NCBI GenBank assembly: GCA_963809895.1
Contig: CAWELD010000003.1
Span: 1,312,001-1,376,000, forward strand
DNA: 64,000 bases
Reading direction: 5' to 3'
DNA from: an uncultured Gemmatimonadales bacterium
GTDB taxonomy: Bacteria > Gemmatimonadota > Gemmatimonadetes > Longimicrobiales > Gaopeijiaceae
Both the position numbers and the translations under genes were made by a program. Below the pieces are notes generated by a model, which was not told the origin of the DNA, did no database searches, and saw only the letters and a program-made list of their open reading frames with translations. Of this stretch, positions 59,800 to 64,000 are shown piece by piece; the stretch's first letter is position 1; the number at the start of each line of letters is the position of its first letter.

Positions 59800-61719
59800 T
59801 CAGTTCCAGAGGGTCCACCGCACCCCGTACAGGGACCGGGTGGTCGGAAGGAGCCGGTCGGGGTAGTCCTGGTTGTCACGGTGCAGGAACGCGTTGTCCA
59901 GACGGAAGAAGATCCGCACGGTCTGCACGCGGATCTGCAGATGCACGTTCCAGCTCTGATAGAATGGCACACGAGCCAGGGTCGCCGCATCCCCCTCGCC
60001 CTCGAGGAAGGGCACGAGCATGGGATCGCGACCCTGCACCTGGAGGCCTCCGTGCACCTCCAGGTTGCCCGACGGGAGGAAGACGTCGTGGAAGTCGAGC
60101 CCTCCCTGATAGACCCGCTTGGGGCGGTAGACGGCCTCGTCCTGCCACTGGACGAGGGAGCCCACCAGGCCGAATCCCGAGACCGGAAGCGCGAGCCGCC
60201 CCGACACCTGGAATCCCCGGGAATCGGATCCGGCCACCGTCACGCCGCCGCGGTCGGAGAGCAGCCCCAACGGGTACAGGCTGTCGATCTTGCTCCTGAG
60301 CCAGGCCCCGGTGAGGTCCACCGGGCCCAGCACCAGGTGGGCGCCGACGCGCAGCGTGGTGGCATCGGAGACGTGGTGGGTCGGGAGCACCTCGGGCACG
60401 GGCTCGGGCTCCTGTTGCGCCGTGCCCCCGGTGCCCGTGCCGTCGCCGGTGCCGTCGTCCGGCGGAGGGATGGTGTCGCGCTCCTCGAACACACGGGCAC
60501 CCCGGGCCCCGGTCTCGTATCGGACGAAGCCCGAGAGGCCGAAGAAGGACGGCGTCCACGCCCGGAGCCCCCGGGTGGAGAGCCCCTTCCCGTCCCAACG
60601 GTCCATGGACCAGTCCAGCGTGACCCCCGCGTCGCGCGGGAGCGCGAGGCCCGCCGAGACGTCGGCCCGGAAGGAGGGCAGGTCGGGCGCCGACAGGAAG
60701 CGCGCCGCGCCGTGGGCCCACACGCGCCCGCGCTCCAGCCCCAGTCGTACGCCGTGCTGGCCCCGGCTCGCGTCCAGCGGGGTCAGGCTGTCGCCCTCCG
60801 AGGCGACGCTGCTCCGGCCCGTGAAGGCCTCGGCCACCACGCCGTCGGCGAGCCGCGCCCGCCCGCGCACGACCCAGTCGGTCCGGGTGGTCTTGGGCGG
60901 AATCCGCGACAACTCGGCCTCGGCCAGATTGCGTCGCAGCTCGAAGACGATGCCCGCGTCCTCTCCCCGGTGGAGCCCGTAGCGGAGCCAGAGCCCCTGA
61001 CGCGAGCCGGGCTCCTGTGCGCCGGTCCCCTCGGTGTCGATGCGCTCCAGCGAGACGCCCAGGCTGCCGCCCAGCGCCCGCGGATGCACGAAGGTGCCCC
61101 GGAACACGTTGGTGCGCAGGTCTCCGGTACCCGCCTCCACCAGCGACAGCGGACGCGGGTCCTCGGCCCGGAGCGCGGTGAGGTAGATGCGGAGCTCCCC
61201 CGCCGCGCGCTCGATGCGGACCTCGCTCAGCGCCCCCAGCGAGATCCGTGACAGATCGGGGATGGAGCCGTCGAGGGGCGTGGCCTCGAAACCGTCGGTG
61301 AACACGCGCACGCGTCCCGCGGTCAGACCCGGCGCCGTGACCCCCTCGGGCGCGCCGTAGTCCCCGTAGCGCAGAGGGAGCATGCCCGGCGTGCGCTCGA
61401 GGAGCTCCTCCAGGGTGAAGGCCGGCTCGCCGAGCAACTGATCCCGGTCCCACGTCCAGACGCCGCTCTCGGGGCGGGCGGGGGTCGTGGCCGGCATCTC
61501 CGGCAGCTGACGGATTACCAACGAATCGGCCATCACCGAGTCGGCGGGCACCGTGTCGGGCACCGCCTGCGCCAGCGAGTCGGGCACCGACACGGTGTCC
61601 CGCGCCACAGCGGAGTCCGGGGGCTCCTGGGCCCGGAGCGGAGCCGCGGACGCCAGCAGGAGCAGCGCACACAGGGTCCCGGCCAGGCGGGGGCCGGGCG
61701 ACGACCGGCGACAGCTCAC
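59800..61719 (-). CDS. Outer-membrane beta-barrel protein with plug-like domain
   Basis: Signal peptide, plug-like TLEELLERTPG...RVFTDG...DLSRI, alternating beta-strands, C-terminal GVRWTLWN. Confidence 0.7.
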   Translation of the reverse strand: MSCRRSSPGPRLAGTLCALLLLASAAPLRAQEPPDSAVARDTVSVPDSLAQAVPDTVPADSVMADSLVIRQLPEMPATTPARPESGVWTWDRDQLLGEPAFTLEELLERTPGMLPLRYGDYGAPEGVTAPGLTAGRVRVFTDGFEATPLDGSIPDLSRISLGALSEVRIERAAGELRIYLTALRAEDPRPLSLVEAGTGDLRTNVFRGTFVHPRALGGSLGVSLERIDTEGTGAQEPGSRQGLWLRYGLHRGEDAGIVFELRRNLAEAELSRIPPKTTRTDWVVRGRARLADGVVAEAFTGRSSVASEGDSLTPLDASRGQHGVRLGLERGRVWAHGAARFLSAPDLPSFRADVSAGLALPRDAGVTLDWSMDRWDGKGLSTRGLRAWTPSFFGLSGFVRYETGARGARVFEERDTIPPPDDGTGDGTGTGGTAQQEPEPVPEVLPTHHVSDATTLRVGAHLVLGPVDLTGAWLRSKIDSLYPLGLLSDRGGVTVAGSDSRGFQVSGRLALPVSGFGLVGSLVQWQDEAVYRPKRVYQGGLDFHDVFLPSGNLEVHGGLQVQGRDPMLVPFLEGEGDAATLARVPFYQSWNVHLQIRVQTVRIFFRLDNAFLHRDNQDYPDRLLPTTRSLYGVRWTLWN

Positions 61720-63215
61720 CGGGCGCGGCTCCGGACCCACTCGACCAACAGGCGCGTGGGGACCCCGTACCCGCCCTTGCGGCGGTACGGGATCTTGCCC
61801 CCGTCACCGTAGGCGGTGCCGGCGATGTCCAGATGCGCCCAGGGCACGTCGCCCACGAACTCGGAGAGGAAGATGGCGGCGGTGATGGAGCCCGCCGGGC
61901 GTCCGCCCACGTTCATGAAGTCGGCGGACACGCTGTCGAGCTGCGTCCGGTACTCCTTCCACAGCGGCAGCGGCCAGCACCGCTCGCCGGAGCGCTCCCC
62001 GGCGTCCCTCACTTCCTGCACCAGGTCGTCGTCGGTACCCAGGAGCCCGATGGCGTGATGCCCGAGCCCCACCACCACCGCCCCGGTGAGGGTGGCGCAG
62101 TCCACGATGGCCTCGGGCTCCATCTCCACGGCGTAGTCCAGGGCGTCGCACAGGATGAGACGGCCCTCGGCATCGGTGTTGACGATCTCCACGGTCTTGC
62201 CGTTCCTCGTCTTGACGATGTCGCCGGGCTTCATGGCACGTCCGGAGACGAGGTTCTCCGACGAGGGCACGATGCCCACCACGTTCCGGGGGATTCCGAG
62301 GCGGGCGATGGCGGTCATGGCCGCCAGCACCGCCGCGCCTCCGGACATGTCGAACTTCATGTCCTCCATGCCCGAGGCCGGCTTGATGGAGATCCCCCCG
62401 GCATCGAAGGTGAGCCCCTTCCCCACCAGGATGACCGGCTTCTGATCCGGCGCTCCTCCGCGGTGGCGCAGCACGATCAGGCGAGGCTCCTGCTCCGAGC
62501 CCTGGCTCACGGCGAGGAGCGCCGCCATGCGCTCTTCTCTCAGCCGCTCCGGCCCCAGGACGTCCACCTCCATGCCGTAGGCCGACGCCACGCGGCGCGC
62601 TTCTTCGCCGAGGTGCGTGGGGGTGGCGATGTTGCCGGGCCTCGACTGGAGGACCCGGGCCAGGTTCTCGGCCTCGGCCAGGATCTGCCCTTCGTGGGCG
62701 CCCTCCTGGACCGCGTCCTCGGCCTCGGCGGTGACGAAGACCGCCCCGGACACCGCCGTGGGTGGCTCGTCCTCGCCGGCCCCGGTCTTGAGCTCGCGGA
62801 AGCGCCACGCGGCCAGGACCGCGCCCTCGGCCGCCGCGCGTCCCATGGCCCGGGGCTCGAGCCGCCCGGGGACCGCGTCGGGGAGAAGGACCGCGACGTC
62901 GTTGACGCGCTCGTCCTCGGCGGTGCGGACGGCGTGGGCCGCGTAGCGGCGCAGAGCCTCCTCGGTGACCGCATCCGGGGCACATCCCAATCCCACGAAC
63001 ACCATGCGGCGCGGCCCTTCACCCTCGACGTCGGCCACGAGCCGGGATCCCGCGGACGCACGCACACGCCCGGCCACGCGCTCCACCGCGGCCCCCAATC
63101 CCCCCGGAAGCTCCGGCAGGGTGACTCCGCCCTCGGCGCCCTGGAGCACGGGAACGGCGAAGAGCGGCGCGGCGAGGCTGTCGAGCCCGGTGAGGCGGAT
63201 GGTGCGGATGTCCAT
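61716..63215 (-). CDS. pepA: Leucyl aminopeptidase (M17)
   Basis: VGKGLTFDAGG, MKFDMSG, NTDAEGRL, ATLTGA, WAHLDIAG; start placed at MDIRTI. Confidence 0.95.
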   Translation of the reverse strand: MDIRTIRLTGLDSLAAPLFAVPVLQGAEGGVTLPELPGGLGAAVERVAGRVRASAGSRLVADVEGEGPRRMVFVGLGCAPDAVTEEALRRYAAHAVRTAEDERVNDVAVLLPDAVPGRLEPRAMGRAAAEGAVLAAWRFRELKTGAGEDEPPTAVSGAVFVTAEAEDAVQEGAHEGQILAEAENLARVLQSRPGNIATPTHLGEEARRVASAYGMEVDVLGPERLREERMAALLAVSQGSEQEPRLIVLRHRGGAPDQKPVILVGKGLTFDAGGISIKPASGMEDMKFDMSGGAAVLAAMTAIARLGIPRNVVGIVPSSENLVSGRAMKPGDIVKTRNGKTVEIVNTDAEGRLILCDALDYAVEMEPEAIVDCATLTGAVVVGLGHHAIGLLGTDDDLVQEVRDAGERSGERCWPLPLWKEYRTQLDSVSADFMNVGGRPAGSITAAIFLSEFVGDVPWAHLDIAGTAYGDGGKIPYRRKGGYGVPTRLLVEWVRSRAR

Positions 63216-63470
63216 GGGGATCCGTGCAGGGTTGAGAGCGCGCGGGGCCCTCGGGCAGCGAAGCAGCGCCGCCACCGGGCGCCGGAAGTTGGAAGCTCCG
63301 TTGCGGCGGAGCAAGGCTTCGGACGGCCCCGCAAGATGGCGGAACCGCGATGCCGGGCACAGGGTTAGGGCAGAGCACCGGGTCGAAGCGGTCGACCCGG
63401 GATTCCAGGCCGGCGCATGGGCACGGGAGTGTCCTTGCATGCCAGCGTCGCAGCACGAAAGGAGGCCGTC

Positions 63471-64000
63471 ATGCGGGAGCGGATCACGCTGGTGACCGGG
63501 GGCACGGGAGCGCTGGGCCGGGGTGTGGTGCCCCGGCTGCTGGCCAGGGGCGACCGGGTCACCGTGCCGTGGCACTCGGAACGGGAGATCGCGGCGCTGC
63601 GCGAGGCCGTGGACGGCGACGAGCGCCTCACGCTGGTGGAGGGCGACGTCACGGATCCCGACTCCGTGGACGCCATCATGGAAGGCATGCGTGAGGCCCA
63701 CGGCCGGCTCGACGTGGTCTGCAATCTCGTCGGGGGATTCTCCATGGGGGCGCTGGAGGACACCGCGCCCCGCGTCTGGGAGCGCATGATCGGGCTCAAC
63801 GCGCGGAGCGTCTTCCTCGTCACGCGCGCCGCGCTTCCGCTCCTGAGGGAATCGGACGCCGCCCGGGTGGTGAACATCGCCGCGCTGCCCGCGGTGGAAC
63901 GAGGCGCGGCGAAGATGGCCGCGTACGCGGCGGCCAAGGCGGCGGTGGTCAGCCTCACGCACTCCCTGTCCGCCGAGCTCGTGGCCGAAGGGATCACGGT
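63471..64000 (+). CDS. SDR family oxidoreductase (3' end outside window)
   Basis: Read manually: AAGGAGG RBS, MRERITLVTGGTGALGRG, RLDVVCNLVGG, YAAAK. Confidence 0.9.
   Translation, partial: MRERITLVTGGTGALGRGVVPRLLARGDRVTVPWHSEREIAALREAVDGDERLTLVEGDVTDPDSVDAIMEGMREAHGRLDVVCNLVGGFSMGALEDTAPRVWERMIGLNARSVFLVTRAALPLLRESDAARVVNIAALPAVERGAAKMAAYAAAKAAVVSLTHSLSAELVAEGIT

Noticed and set aside
61716..63962. 748-aa extended PepA
   Set aside because: The extension is antisense to the plus-strand SDR, which has a strong RBS and motifs; PepA starts near 63215.

Overview
High-GC bacterial core-chromosome segment with about 66 genes, all but three (dcd, rnhA and a partial SDR) on the minus strand. Gene order and protein style suggest Gemmatimonadota (inference, no search run). 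Content in window order: plsX-rpmF-yceD; ackA, 3-hydroxyacyl-CoA dehydrogenase, ndk, CBS protein, sucDC; UPF0182 and PMM/PGM; a complete nuoA-N operon with a Rex/CRP-type operator; dcd; two FKBP lipoproteins; sdhBAC and mdh; moaA, frameshifted moaE, moaD; ECF sigma/zinc anti-sigma/Spy-like triad; HU; carA; rnhA; lipB, E2, E1-beta, E1-alpha; secG-tpiA-pgk; an ECF sigma/TonB-TPR pair separating pgk from gap; comF, aroE, ywlE-like phosphatase, tsaC, ispD, dnaB, udg, coaBC, rpoZ, gmk, yicC; a plug-domain outer-membrane protein; pepA; SDR. I found no tRNA, rRNA, CRISPR array or mobile element. Most interesting observations: (1) a roughly 310-nt structured orphan ncRNA candidate with its own promoter and terminator between rnhA and lipB; (2) an ECF sigma paired with a 957-aa membrane-anchored TonB-C/TPR/GWxTD-like protein; (3) an E1-alpha with an intact frame but no TPP-binding or catalytic motifs; (4) an RNase HI with a rearranged acidic active site; (5) carA apparently starting at CTG. 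All motif comparisons and RNA folds were done by eye.
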